From the NCBI RefSeq assembly GCF_006345805.1, contig NC_043000.1, forward strand, positions 118,792,001-118,856,000: a stretch of DNA of 64,000 bases. The letters run 5' to 3'. Below the pieces are notes generated by a model, which searched no databases, had not been told where the DNA came from, and saw nothing but the letters and a program-made list of their open reading frames with translations. The translations under genes and the position numbers were made by a program. Positions 1 through 12,604 of the stretch are shown here, piece after piece. The DNA comes from Octopus sinensis. Lineage: Eukaryota. Every line of letters starts with the position of its first letter. Position 1 is the first letter of the stretch.

Positions 1-44
1 ACGGTAAACTCTAAAATTGGTTTCCAATTTTCGCACAAGAACAG

Positions 45-445
45 CAATTTCGGGAGAGGGGGTTGGTCGAATACATGGACCCCAGCGCTCAACTGGTACT
101 TATAATATCGACTCTGAAAGGATGAAAGGCAAAGTCGGCCTTGGTGGAATTTGAACTCAGATCGCAAGCACGAACGAAATGCTGCTAAGCAATTTTTCTC
201 AGCGTGCTAACGATTCTTATTTCTTTATTGCCCACAAGGGGCTAAACATAGAGTGGATAAACAAGGACAGACAAACGGATTAAGTCGATTATATCGACCC
301 CAGTGCGTAACTGGTACTTATTTAATCGAACCTGAAAGGATGAAAGGCAAAGTCGACCTCGGTGGAATTTGAACTCAGAACGTAGCGACCGACGAAATAC
401 TGCTAAGCATTTCGCCCGGCGTGCTAACGTTTCTGCCAGCTCAAC
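45..445 (-). mobile_element. Two nested SINE-B copies
   Basis: Junction GTGCTAACGATTC|TTATTTCTTTATTGCCC at ~215. Confidence 0.75.
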
Positions 446-960
446 ACCAAAGTAAACCTTACTTTCGCTTTTTAAAATTTCTGGTATTAGAAGAGTGCAG
501 AAGGTCAGTAGCAGATGCTGGCTTGCAGAATTTACCAGCACTTGTACTTGCTCTACAAAGAATTGTGAATGGTGAGATAAAAGGCTATGCTCCAAAGGAA
601 CTCGCTCAGGCAAAGAGAATCACTTCGTACTTATATATTTTTAGTTATTATTATATTTATAGAAAAGTGATGTGGCTGTGTGGTAAGTAGCTTGCTTACC
701 AACCACATGGTTCCGGGTTCAGTCCCACTGCGTGGCACCTTGGGCAAGTGTTTTCTACTATAGCCTCGGGCCGACCAAAGCCTTGTGAGTGGATTTGGTA
801 GACGGAAACTGAAAGAGCCCGTCGTATATATATATATATGTATATGCTTGACAACCGATGCTGGTGTATTTACGTCCCCGTAACATAGCGGTTCGGCAAA
901 AGAGACCGATAGGATAAATACTAGGCTTACAAAGAATAAGTCCTGGGGTCGATTGCTCAG

Positions 961-1196
961 TTAAAGGCGGGGAGTTGGCAGAAACGTTAGCACGCCGGGC
1001 GAAATGCGTAGCCATATTTCGTCTGCCTTTACGTTCTGAGTTCAAATTCCGCCGAGGTCGACTTTGCCATTCATCCTTTCGGGGTCGATAAATAAAGTAC
1101 CAGTTTCGCACTGGGGTCGATGTAATCGACTTAATCCGTTTGTCTGTACTTGTTTGTCCCCTCTATGCTTCGCCCCTTATGGGCAATAAATAAATA
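961..1196 (+). mobile_element. SINE family B (GGCGG head, tRNA-like boxes) with Tx1-like tail, inserted in a SINE-A copy
   Basis: Head GGCGG.GAG.TGGCAGAAACGTTAGCACG, B-box-like GAGTTCAAATTCC, tail GCCCCTTATGGGCAATAAA. Confidence 0.75.
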
Positions 1197-1659
1197 TAAA
1201 GGCGGTGCTCCAGCATGGCCACATTCAAATGACTGAAACAAATAAAAGAGTAGAAGAGCAAAAGAGTAGCTTCTCATTGAATTTGACTTTTTTAAAAGAA
1301 TATCTGCTGGGACTCAGTTAAGACAACGCGGGTTCCAGTTGATCCGAACAACAGAACAGCCTGCTCGTGAAATTTACCTGCAAATGACTGAGCACTTCAC
1401 GGACACTTGTACAACTTTCTCTCACTATTTCTTCCTGTTTCTGTTGTATCTGTATTTCAACAGCTGTAAATGTACACCAATACACCTATACAACTCCATA
1501 TACATACAAACAAATACAAGTATATAAGGAGTATATACATATATACACATGTATATATAAACCCACAAGCAATTATACATCATAGTTTAAATATGTAAAA
1601 ACATAATACCAATAACTGTATAAGCCAGACTACAGGCGTACACATACATGTCAGTATAT

Positions 1660-1660
1660 A

Positions 1661-1755
<95 letters not shown>

Positions 1756-1952
1756 TACACATATATATATACATATATATACCCCTACATACATACAAAC
1801 CTATACAAACATCACATACACAAAAGTGCACTGAAGTCTATTCATAAGATTTAATATACACAAAAATAACATTAAAAAATACTTAAAACTACCCCATGCA
1901 TGCACACAAATAAACATAAATAAATAAATATATATATATATATTATATATAT

Positions 1953-1986
<34 letters not shown>

Positions 1987-2090
1987 ATATATATATATAT
2001 ATATAATTATATATATATATATATATTATATATATATATATATATTATATATATATATATATAGATATATATATATATATATATATAACA
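1660..2090. repeat. Compound (TA)n microsatellite region
   Basis: Direct inspection. Confidence 0.9.
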
Positions 2091-2470
2091 CATATGTATC
2101 TACATATACACAAATCCATTAGTGACCTCAATATGGTTATTACATTTACACATACTTTATGCTGAACTATATACTAAAAAACAAGTATAAATATATATCA
2201 ATATACATAAATATAAAGATATATTTACAAACAAGTAAAAGTATACAAAGAATGTACAAATAAGGACACACAAATAAACACTTACATAAAATATATATAA
2301 ATATATAAATATATTCATATACAAATACATATATTACACAACATATACATACATATACAAAAAATGACATGCCCATAATCCATTACAATTTCTTACTCCT
2401 AAATATAATAAAGTAAAAATGCTCATAATAACTATTTGTATCTATTTCAAAGGGCATTTTATAATAAGTA

Positions 2471-3433
2471 TTATTTGTATCTGGAGAAAGTATACCCCAA
2501 TTTATGAAGACATGAAAAATTACGTTCCTTGAGATTATTAATAATCGGTAAATTAGTCCTAATTATAAAGAAAATCTCATTAATGCATAATGAGTATTTT
2601 CTATTCCTATTATTATACGCTGGTGCAGATATAAGTATTTTCCATTGCAAATTGCAATTGATTTTTTTTATCCTTAAGCTCCCATATATATATGCACTTA
2701 GTTCTGTAGAATTACTCCTATTTCTAATTTTAAAAGTATATCTGTGACAATTAAGTCTCTGTTTGAAATTATTCTTTGTAGCTCCAATATAGACTCTATT
2801 ATCATATTGTGTACTTACTATACATTGATATACTACCTCCTTTTTCATGCAGTCATTATTGAACTCACAGTTTTCTCTAATCCTACAATTGCACCTATTA
2901 GCTTGTTGTAGTTGCTTTACTTTATTATGATTAATTGCTACTGCATTATTATCAATATTATTATTGTTAATATTATTATCATTATTACTTATTATTCCCA
3001 TATCCATCGGTATGTTATTATTGATAATATTGTTCTTATTTATGTTATATTTTATGTTAATATTATTATTACCTATAGTGTTATCATTACTAATTCTATT
3101 AATATTATCCCTGCTATTATTACTCGTTATAGTATTACTATTACTATAGTTTCCATTTCGATTACTATTATTTATATTGTTATAATTATTATATCTTAAG
3201 TTATAGTAAGACACATTTGTGTTACCTAAATTATTTTTTCTATTTAGATAGAAATAATCAAGTTTTTTATTATTATTAATTGAGGATATGATGGTGGCCA
3301 GATTATGAGTAAGACTGTATCCTATTCTAATAGTTTTATGATTAATTATGTCACAGTATTTGTTCTTTCCTTTTCCAAAATGCTTGTTTATTAAATTAAA
3401 AATATTTCTTACTATGTTATTTTTAATTTTCAT
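2471..3433 (-). CDS. Penelope-like element C-terminal ORF: RT thumb/linker + Asn-rich insert + GIY-YIG endonuclease
   Basis: NIFNLINKHF..INHKTIRIGYS; CNCR..C..C..VVYQC..VYIGATKNNFKQRLNCH; LQWKIL..LCINE. A W-x-x-PY motif lies just upstream across a frameshift. No RT core found. Confidence 0.8.
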   Translation of the reverse strand: MKIKNNIVRNIFNLINKHFGKGKNKYCDIINHKTIRIGYSLTHNLATIISSINNNKKLDYFYLNRKNNLGNTNVSYYNLRYNNYNNINNSNRNGNYSNSNTITSNNSRDNINRISNDNTIGNNNINIKYNINKNNIINNNIPMDMGIISNNDNNINNNNIDNNAVAINHNKVKQLQQANRCNCRIRENCEFNNDCMKKEVVYQCIVSTQYDNRVYIGATKNNFKQRLNCHRYTFKIRNRSNSTELSAYIYGSLRIKKINCNLQWKILISAPAYNNRNRKYSLCINEIFFIIRTNLPIINNLKERNFSCLHKLGYTFSRYK

Positions 3434-3920
3434 AGCATATGGAAATTATTAACCACAGTGTATCAATTACATTATTTTGATTACACGGCTTATCTATATT
3501 ATTTGTAAATACCCTATTCTTATTATTTCTTCTGTACTTTCTATAATCAGTAGAATTTTTATTATTATAATTTTGACTAAATACTTTATTGTAGTTATTA
3601 TTGATATAATAGTTCTTATCAACTTTACTATTTCTATTATCATTATTAATATTATAATTATTAATATTTAATATATGATCTTTAATCCCGTTTACACTAT
3701 TATTAGTATTAAATCTATTCATATTAATATTATATTTGTGATTATTCTTTTTATTTGGATTATTGTTATGCATGTCTAACCAGTGCTTATTAGTAGTTGT
3801 TAATTTATTACTAGTATTAAGGCTGCTATTGGGGATATATTTTATTTTACCATTATATCAATAGTAACCTTAACACCAGGAATAAATTAAAAAGAATAAA
3901 TAAAATATGTTAATTATAAC

Positions 3921-4058
3921 CTCTGAAGAGGCCTATGGTTATTTTAACATATAAGTATTATATATATTTTTTAAATGCCTACAACCCTAATATGTTGACA
4001 TCTATAGGCAATGTAAATTGGATTCACTTTTGATCATAGGCTGAAACAGCTGTAAGAA
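3921..4058 (+). ncRNA. Type I hammerhead ribozyme motif (Penelope pLTR)
   Basis: CTGAAGA (3923), stem II GGCCTATGG/TCATAGGCT with a ~95 nt loop, GAAA (4043), palindromic stem III ACAGCTGT, GTA cleavage triplet. Confidence 0.65.
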
Positions 4059-4425
4059 TGGGTTTATGGTTTTCAATAATTTATAACATGACTTTTAAAA
4101 TCTGTATTTGTATTATTATCTTATCTATTGATTTATATAATATTTTGTATGCTTTCGATGTTCTCATTTGTAAAATGAATAAATAATATAACATTATAAT
4201 ATCCGTAAGTTGATGAACAAACTGAATTTGTTTCTCCATTTTCTTATTTGTATTATAAATTTACGGTAAAATTATTTCTTTACCTTCACTCTTTAATACA
4301 ATAAATGAATTAATTGCTTTGCAATTAAAAACATTTATTTATTAAGAATTTGGGTACTTTACCAACAGTATATTGGATAATTGATATCCCATAGTGGGTT
4401 ATACCCATAACCCCTATCTTACTTT

Positions 4426-4494
<69 letters not shown>

Positions 4495-4965
4495 TTCCTT
4501 CTCGAACCATGCCAGGCTCATAAGGGCCGGTTTCCCGGTTTCAGTGGCGTAGAAATTCCCCACCTGGACGGGACACCGGTCCGTCGCAGGATTACTCATT
4601 TTTACCAGCTGAGTGGACTAGAGAAACGTGAAAATGAAGTGTTTTGCTCAAGAACGCAACGCATAGCCCGGTCCAGGAATCGAAACCGCAACATTGCGAT
4701 CATCAGTTCAACGCCCTAACCACTAAACCATGCGCGGTCACTATATATATACTCTTTTACTTTTTACTCTTTTACTTGTTTCAGTCATTTGACTGCGGCC
4801 ATGCTGGAGCACCGCCTTTAGTCGAGCAAATCGACCCCGGGACTTATTCTTTGTAAGCCCAGTACTTATTCATCAGTCTCTTTTGCCGAACCGCTAAGTG
4901 ACGGGGACGTAAACACACCAGCATCGGTTGTCAAGCAATGCTAGGGGACAAACACAAACACACAA

Positions 4966-5033
<68 letters not shown>

Positions 5034-5254
5034 GACAGGCTTCTTTCAGTTTCCGTCTACCAAATCCACTCACAAGGCATTGGTCGACCCGGGGCTATAG
5101 CAGAAGACACTTGCCCAAGATGCCACGCAGTGGGACTGAACCTGGAACCACACAGACACTCCTGCGCCTATATATATTATATATATATATATTATATATA
5201 TATTATATATATATATTATATATATATATATACATACAATTAATTAAAAAAAAA

Positions 5255-5480
5255 AACGAAGAAAAAACAACAACGCGAGGACGTGGTACATGCAAAGTAT
5301 TAGCACGCGCTCAGGAAAGGAAAGAAAGTTAGTTTTAGGTTTCGAGCAAAGCTCTTCTTCAGAAACAGGAGACAGAGGAAAGCCAAGAGAAAAGGAAGAC
5401 AGAGGGAAAAAATCACCATCGATTCACATATGGTTGCATTTTGAAATGTATATATGTATACGTTCTTCATTTGCGTATTA
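5255..5480 (-). repeat. pLTR-like fragment with a minimal hammerhead motif
   Basis: Minus strand CTGAAGA-AGAGC-TTT-GCTC-GAAACCTA at 5335-5362; stem III carries a mismatch. Confidence 0.45.
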
Positions 5481-5817
5481 AGGCTACTATCGGTTTCATG
5501 TCAAGAAAATATCTTAGTATCTTAATAATCTTTCCAGCTGATCACATAGAGGAATGGTGTTCGTCTCTATTTTAGATAAATACACGAAAATTCACGGGAA
5601 TTCACAATGAAGCCTCGTAAAGAAAACAAGAAATCAAGGAGACAAGCACTATTCCTCCATGTAATCGGCTTGTAAAATTGTTAAATATTAAGATATTTCT
5701 TAACATGAGACCAATGGTAGCTTTAATACACAAATACAGAAATTTTACTCACTACTACGCTGTTGAACACTCATTCTCATTGTTTGACATTTACGTATCT
5801 ATCTATCTATCTATCTA

Positions 5818-5858
<41 letters not shown>

Positions 5859-5876
5859 CTATCTATACATACATAC

Positions 5877-5948
<72 letters not shown>

Positions 5949-5950
5949 GT

Positions 5951-6200
5951 GAAGGTGCGTGGCTTAGTGGTTAGGGCATTCGACACGCGATCGTATGATC
6001 GTGGGTTCAATTCCCGGCGACGCGTTGTGTCCATGAGCAAGACACTTTATTTCACGTTGCTCCAATCCACTCAGCTGGCCAAAATGAGTTGTACCTGTAT
6101 TTCAAAGGTCCGGTGAATCTCCCTGAGAACTACGTCAAGGGCACTCGTGCTTTTGGAGTGCTCATCCACATGCGCGTTAATTTCCCGAGCAGGTTGTCGC
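5951..6200 (+). mobile_element. tRNA-derived SINE family D
   Basis: GAAGG.GCGTGGCTTAGTGGTTAGG..GGTTCAATTCCC..GAGCAAGACACTTTATTTCAC. Related copies at ~4490-4740 (minus), ~19705-19915 and ~29090-29413 (minus). Confidence 0.7.
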
Positions 6201-6780
6201 GTATATATACGACGGGCTTCTTCCAGTTTCTTATTTCTTTATTGCCCACAAGGGGCTAAACATAGAGGAGACAAACAAGGACAGACAAAGGGATTATGTC
6301 GATTACATCGACCGCAGTGCGTAACTGGTACTTTATTGATCGACCCTGAAGGGATGAAAGGCAAAGCCGACCTCGGCGGAATTTGAACTCAGAACGTAAA
6401 GACATGCGAACTACTGCTAAGCATTTCGCCCGGTGTGCTAACGTTTCTGCCAGCTCACCGCCTTCTGAGTGGGCAGAAACTGGACTTCTTCCAGCTTCTG
6501 CCCACCAAATCCACTCACAAGCCTTTATTCGGCCCGAGGCTATAGTAGAAGACACTTGACGAAGATGTCCCACAATAGGGCAGAATTGAGAACCATGTAG
6601 TTTGGAAGTAAACTTCTTACCATGCAGCCACGCCTGTGCCTACATTTGTTTCGTTCATATTGTCACGCTTGAAATGTAAAATAATTAAATCGCTCACGTT
6701 CTTTTATTATGTATTAATCATTTCAAATGCAATATAGAGGGATGGGTTCAATGTAATATTTCTTTTATTGTGCGGAAGAT

Positions 6781-6830
6781 ACGCAGACAGGCAGACAGAC
6801 AGACTGACAGACAGACAGCTAGATATATAC

Positions 6831-6890
<60 letters not shown>

Positions 6891-6894
6891 CGAA

Positions 6895-6978
<84 letters not shown>

Positions 6979-6992
6979 CGAGATAGATAGCG

Positions 6993-7054
<62 letters not shown>

Positions 7055-7065
7055 CGAGATAGATA
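6781..7065. repeat. (TAGA)n/(CAGA)n microsatellite at the Tx1 copy 1 3' junction
   Basis: Direct inspection. Confidence 0.95.
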
Positions 7066-7417
7066 TGTTTCTTTATTAACCACACAGAGCTGCACACAGA
7101 TAGAACAAATTACAAGGTAGGGCTTTTCTTTTGGGGGTAAAAAAGGGGGGGGTCGATCAAAAGGGATCGTAAAAGGAAAGAAAGAGGACAAAAAAGGGAG
7201 GGGTTTAAAAAAACAGGGGGAGAGGAAAAAAATTGATCAATAGGGATCGTTATCACAGAAATGTCAATATGAAGTGTAAAGGGGAGGACAGGTGAGATTT
7301 ACCCGTGGAAAGAAAAGCCTACGAAAAGACCACGGTAACCTCGGTCAATGTAGTCACATGTTATATTTCTTTTTTTTTTTTTGCAAATAAGCAACTCTCT
7401 GTATTAAATTTTACGGT

Positions 7418-10400
7418 TCATAGAATCATAGTCAAGGTGGCTTCGTCATTCATACGTGCCATCCTTGCTACATTCACCCATCTTTTTTTAAAACATTCAC
7501 TAGACAAAACTTGCCTCTCTACTCTCACTTTCCTCCTCAAGTGATACTTGAAGAAGTTGATGAGAGATTGACCAGAGAGGAAAGTGTTGTCTCTAATCCT
7601 TTCAGGCGCGTCCACCAGATACATTCTTTCGCCATAGCCACAAGTATGATAAAAATAGCTCTTCTTCCCGTTTGAAGGAAGGAGGCGTGACGATATTAAC
7701 GATAGACTCGGCTGATAAACCGACACGTCCCACACGTGACAGCAGTCGTTCGACATAAGTCCACAGGTCGGAAATTGCTGGACACTGCACGAGTGCGTGC
7801 AGAGCGGTTTCGTCGCTCTGCCCGCATCTCGGGCTGGTCGGCCCCGTGTTTCTCGAGCCATGCCTATAGAGCTTATCCCGAACGGGTAGCGCTTCTCGGT
7901 AGCACCGCCAGGCCAGGGATCTCTGGAAGTTGTCCATAGGTCCCGGGCCGAAAGTCGTTTGAAACAGGCGGGTCAGGTATTCCTCGTCGACGCCCAGGTT
8001 TGCCCCGAGATCGTCGTCGTACCTCCCCTCCACTAATCCCCTATAGAATGCTTTGGTTGTGTTGAAGTCACTCAAGGTCGACCGGGACGGCAGAGTGCTT
8101 GAGAGCAACGCGACACTCGCGGTGCCATTCGCCCTTCCTCGGCCTCTTTTTGATCCACGATTGTAGTTCGGTCATGGAGACGAGTTGCGGGAATGCGTGC
8201 CTCACAAACGGCGACCACACCTGTTCACCGTCGTCTACATAGAGCCGGAGGTGTCGCAGTCTCAGCGCGTGTCTGCGCATCATCAACCACGGCATGCCCA
8301 GCCCTCCTTTTAACGGGTGTTGACAGCAAATGGATCGCCTGACCATCGGGACGCATCCTTTCCACAAGAAGCGGAAGAGGATGCGTTCTAGTTTGGTGAT
8401 GGTAGGGTCGGGACAAGGTACGACGGTCAGGCGGTAGTAGATGATGGACGCGATGTACGCGTTCGTCACCTCTGCCCGACCTTTTAGGGACAGTTTCCTC
8501 TCGGCCCATTGCTGGGCGAGAGTGACCACCCTACTCGTTATCTTGTTCCAGTTCTTCTCCATTTGGAGGTCCGGACCGAACCAGACCCCGAGCAACTCAA
8601 CCGGGCCGTCTGTCCAGCGTCCCACGACGGAGGTACTGGTGGACGGCATGAGCTTGCTTCTCCAGGTGCCGAGCCGCAAGCCCACTGACTTTTCCCGGTT
8701 GATTTTTGCTCCTGTCACCGCTTCGTAGTCTTTCAGTGTCTCGCCGACCCGCTCGATGTGCTCGTGGCTTGACACTATGACGGTGATGTCGTCCGCGTAT
8801 GCAGGCATGCTCGTCCCGCATCCCAATTCTCGCGGGATGCCCCTCAGAGTCCCCAGCTTCCGCAGTAGTGGCTCAAGAGTCAATACGTATAGAAGCGCCG
8901 AGAGGGGGCATCCCTGACGGACCGAACGTGCAATGTCGAAAGGTCTCGATAGATGTCCATTTACGCGAATTACCGAACGGATGCCTCTGTACAGGCAGCT
9001 ATCCAGCCGCGGAAGACGGGACCAAAACCAGCCGCTCTCAGGACTGCCTCCAAGTATCGATGGTCTACCCTATCGAAGGCTTTCGATTGATCCAAGTTGA
9101 TCAGGGCCCCACCCATGCCAGGTTCCTTAACTACTCTGTCTATGATGTAGCGCATCAGATGGAGGTTGTCATGGATGCTCCGGCCCGGCACGGCGCACGT
9201 TTGTGCGTTGTCGACCAGTTTCTCGATGACAAGCGCCAACCTCTTGGCTAACACCTTGGTCAAAATTTTCAGGTCTGCATTGAGCAGAGTGATTGGTCTA
9301 AAGTTTCCCTTGTTTGGATCTTTCTTCAGCAGCGTTACGGCTCCTTGACTCACAAAACCGGGTATGCTCCCGTTTTGCTGCCAGTTGCAGTATACCGCTG
9401 CCAAGACGTCTCCAAACAAGTCTGGCATACAATTGTAAAACTCGTAGGGCAGACCATCCAAACCCGGCGATTTGTCTCTCGAGCATTCTACCATCGCGTC
9501 CCGCACATCCGCCGCCGTGATGGCACCTTCGCAGCACTCTGCCTCTCTTGCCGAGAGTCGTGGTGGGCTGTGCAGGTAAGCACTGAAGTCCACCCTGCGT
9601 TCACGCTCGCCACTCGTCCCGTACAGTCGGGCAAAGTGCCGCTGAAATGTCTCGCACATCTTGCTGGACTCGAGCAATTCGCGCCCTTGTTCATCTACCA
9701 GAGACCGAATGGTGGCTTTGTTGCCCTGCTGCGCCTCCGCCACCCGGGCCTCCCTCGCGGCTCCAACACCTTCCATCCTTAGAGCACACATCCTAGCCCT
9801 TACAGCACACCCTTCGTGTTTGGCGTTGAAGTGTTGGTCAAGGGCCAACCTCGCCGCTAAAACGTCGGATGTGATGCCGCTTCTTATTGCCTCTTCTAAC
9901 TTCTTAACTAACTCACTCTCTACTCTATTTCTATCTACGGCTAGTGCCTTGCTATATCTAATTGCTTCCGCTTTTACTGCTCTCTTGAGGGCGAACCACC
10001 ATTTGTTGTTGACAATGGCTCCCGTTAAAGCCCTTTTTACTAACGTGTTGATTCTGTCTCTGAAAACCTGTCTGGACGGGAAAGATGCGTTCAGTTTCCT
10101 GTAACCAGGACCCTGTCTATGTGCCTTATCTAAGTCTAGCGTAAACGTCACGAATTTGTGATCCGTGTAGCTGACTGTGTGGAATTGTGGACATCCTAAG
10201 TTATCCCTGTCTACTGTCCTACACAGTATCCTATCTAGATACGATCTCGACGATCCACTGCGGTTGCTCCATGTCCACGTTGGTGCATTTGGGTGGTCGA
10301 TTCGGTACCTGTCAGACAGTTGGAATCGTCTGAGCAGGTCTCTGAGGTATTTGCATCCCCTTCTGTTTTTGTCTCTCCCCACATAGTCTAGATGCGTGTC

Positions 10401-10838
10401 CAAGGTAGCATTCCAATCCCCCACTAAAAGTAAAGGACGAGACGTTCCCAGGAATACTTCTAGACGTCGAAAGAAATCCGGCCGACCTGTTAAAGGCGGT
10501 GCGTAGACGGATACGAGTCGTAAAGCGCACCCATTGCTGCCGTCGACATCCAGAACGACCAGTCTACCCTCCGCTTCTACGAATATCGTCTTGACTTCGA
10601 GATCCAGGCTCTTGTGAAAAAGTACCGCGGTGCCACTACCGCCCATCCTCGGCAGACAGGGAGCAAAATAAATGTTAAACTGTCCGCCAAACATGGACTT
10701 TAGGGCCCGTGGCTCGTGGAGTCTGGTCTCACTTATGGCTATGATTCCCAAATCGTGTGACTTGATGTCATTTAGGAGGTATCCTTGTTTCCAAGGAGAG
10801 CCCAAGCCACGCGCATTCACACAACCAATCTTGACCAT
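7418..10838 (-). pseudogene. Tx1 ORF2 (AP endonuclease + reverse transcriptase + C-terminal zinc knuckle), about 3 frameshifts
   Basis: APE motifs CVNARGL, ISETRL, SVYAP, LVGDWN, SYLDRIL, YTDH; RT motifs KSPGLDGLP, FRPITLLNAD, DQSKAFDRVDH, YADD; C-terminal PRCG..ETALH..QCP. Split across ORFs 8970-10838, 8068-8883, 7602-8108 and 7418-7861. Confidence 0.93.
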
Positions 10839-10888
10839 GATTCTATTGGGGTGTGTGCTTTAAAACACAAAAAGGAAGGTACAGAGAG

Positions 10889-11842
10889 TTACTTACTTGT
10901 GTCGAAAGTTTTGGCTTCCTCGTTCTTTGATGTGTCTTGGAGGAGGTTTTTATAAAGTTTTTTCGAAAGGTATTTTTGGAAACCCCCAACCGCATTTGGA
11001 AAGAGGGCTTTGAGTTTGTGGTGTTGTGTTTGTGTGATGTGTAGTATTTTGATGTGTTTGGGTGGTGTAGTGCGTGGATGGTTGTTCGTTTTGAAGTCAT
11101 CTTCACAGATGTTTGTGTAGCCTGTGATGTACTCCATTAGTTTGGAGTCTTTTGTGTCTATCGCTGATAGCATTGTGTGTGTTTTTGCGGTGTTGGTACT
11201 TGTTTGGTTGTGTATGGAGCTTTCAGGGTTCAGGTATCTCCCTGCTTTGGTTGCGTTTTCTTGTTAGTTTTTTTTTAATCTTTTTACCCCCGGTGGCTAT
11301 TTGCCATTCTGTCGATGTTGGAATTGGTTTGGTTGTTGTTGGTGGTGATAATTCTGTTCTTGGCGCAGGTGGCGGTGTTGTTTGGTTGGGTTGGTCCGTT
11401 TTTTATTGCTTTCCATGCATTTCTGCATATAGCTTCTTGATTAGCCGTCCATACTGTGGTGTGGGCAATAATGCTGGCTTTTATGGTTTTTCCTGTGGCT
11501 GTTGTTGTTGTTGTTGTTGTCGTTTCACGGCCTTCTGCCCTCGACTACTACATACAACTTGCGGTCATCCGCAAAATGTACGTGGTTGGGTTGGTCCGTT
11601 CTTTATTGCTTTCCATGCATTTCTGCATATAGCTTCTTAATTAGCCGTCCATACTGTGGTGTGGGCAATAATGCTGGCTCTTGTGGTTTTTCCTGTGGCT
11701 GTTGTTATTGTTATTGTCGTTTCACGGCAGATTTGCACTCCTTTTTGAGGTGTGTTTCACTGCCGCATGTACAACAGCGTGGCCTTCTGCAGTCATCCGC
11801 AAGATGTACGTGGGTTGGAATTTTGTTAATGTCGTCTTGGCT
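10889..11842 (-). pseudogene. Tx1 ORF1 remnant (conserved C-terminus, internal deletion and duplication)
   Basis: The C-terminal 94 aa are almost identical to copy 2 ORF1. The segment at ~11383-11528 is repeated at ~11585-11728. Confidence 0.8.
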
Positions 11843-11918
<76 letters not shown>

Positions 11919-11923
11919 CAAAC

Positions 11924-12014
<91 letters not shown>

Positions 12015-12120
12015 CAGAGAGACAGACAGATAGATAGACAGACAGACAGTTAGATAGACAGACAGACAGACGGACAAACAGACAGGCAGACAAACAGACA
12101 GACAGACAGATAGATAGATG

Positions 12121-12192
<72 letters not shown>
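11843..12192. repeat. (TAGA)n/(CAGA)n microsatellite between Tx1 copies 1 and 2
   Basis: Direct inspection. Confidence 0.95.
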
Positions 12193-12604
12193 TGTTTCTT
12201 TATTAGCCACACAGGGCTGCACACAGATAGAACAAATTACAAGGTAGAGCTTTTCTTTTGAAGGTTTAAAAAATAAATTTAAAAAAAAAAAAATTTTTTA
12301 AATAAAAAAAATAAAATAAAAATAAAAAAAGGGGGGGGTCGATCAAAAGGGATCGTAAAAGGAGAGAAAGAGGACAAAAAAAGGGGGGGTTAAAAAAAGG
12401 GGGAGAGGAAAAAAATTGATCAATAGGGATCGTTATCACAGAAATGTCAATATGAAGTGTAAAGGGGAGGACAGGTGAGGTTTACCCGTGGAAAGAAAAG
12501 CCTACGGAAAAGACCACGGTAACCTCGGTCAATGAAGTCACATGTTATATTTCTTTTTTTTTTTTTTTTGCAAATAAGCAACTCTCTGTATTAATTTTTA
12601 CGGT

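Larger units (their letters stand above)
7066..11842 (-). mobile_element. Tx1-clade non-LTR retrotransposon, copy 1 (5'-truncated inside a rearranged ORF1), inserted in (TAGA)n
   Basis: Minus-strand APE-RT ORF2 and an ORF1 remnant. 3' UTR ends ...GGTTAATAAAGAAACAT directly followed by (ATCT)n; the 5' junction also abuts (TAGA)n at 11843. Near-identical to copy 2. Confidence 0.93.

Noticed and set aside
11152-11849. Hydrophobic plus-strand ORFs (also 16287-16934, 48114-48945 and others)
   Set aside because: Antisense shadows of Thr/Lys-rich ORF1 sequence.
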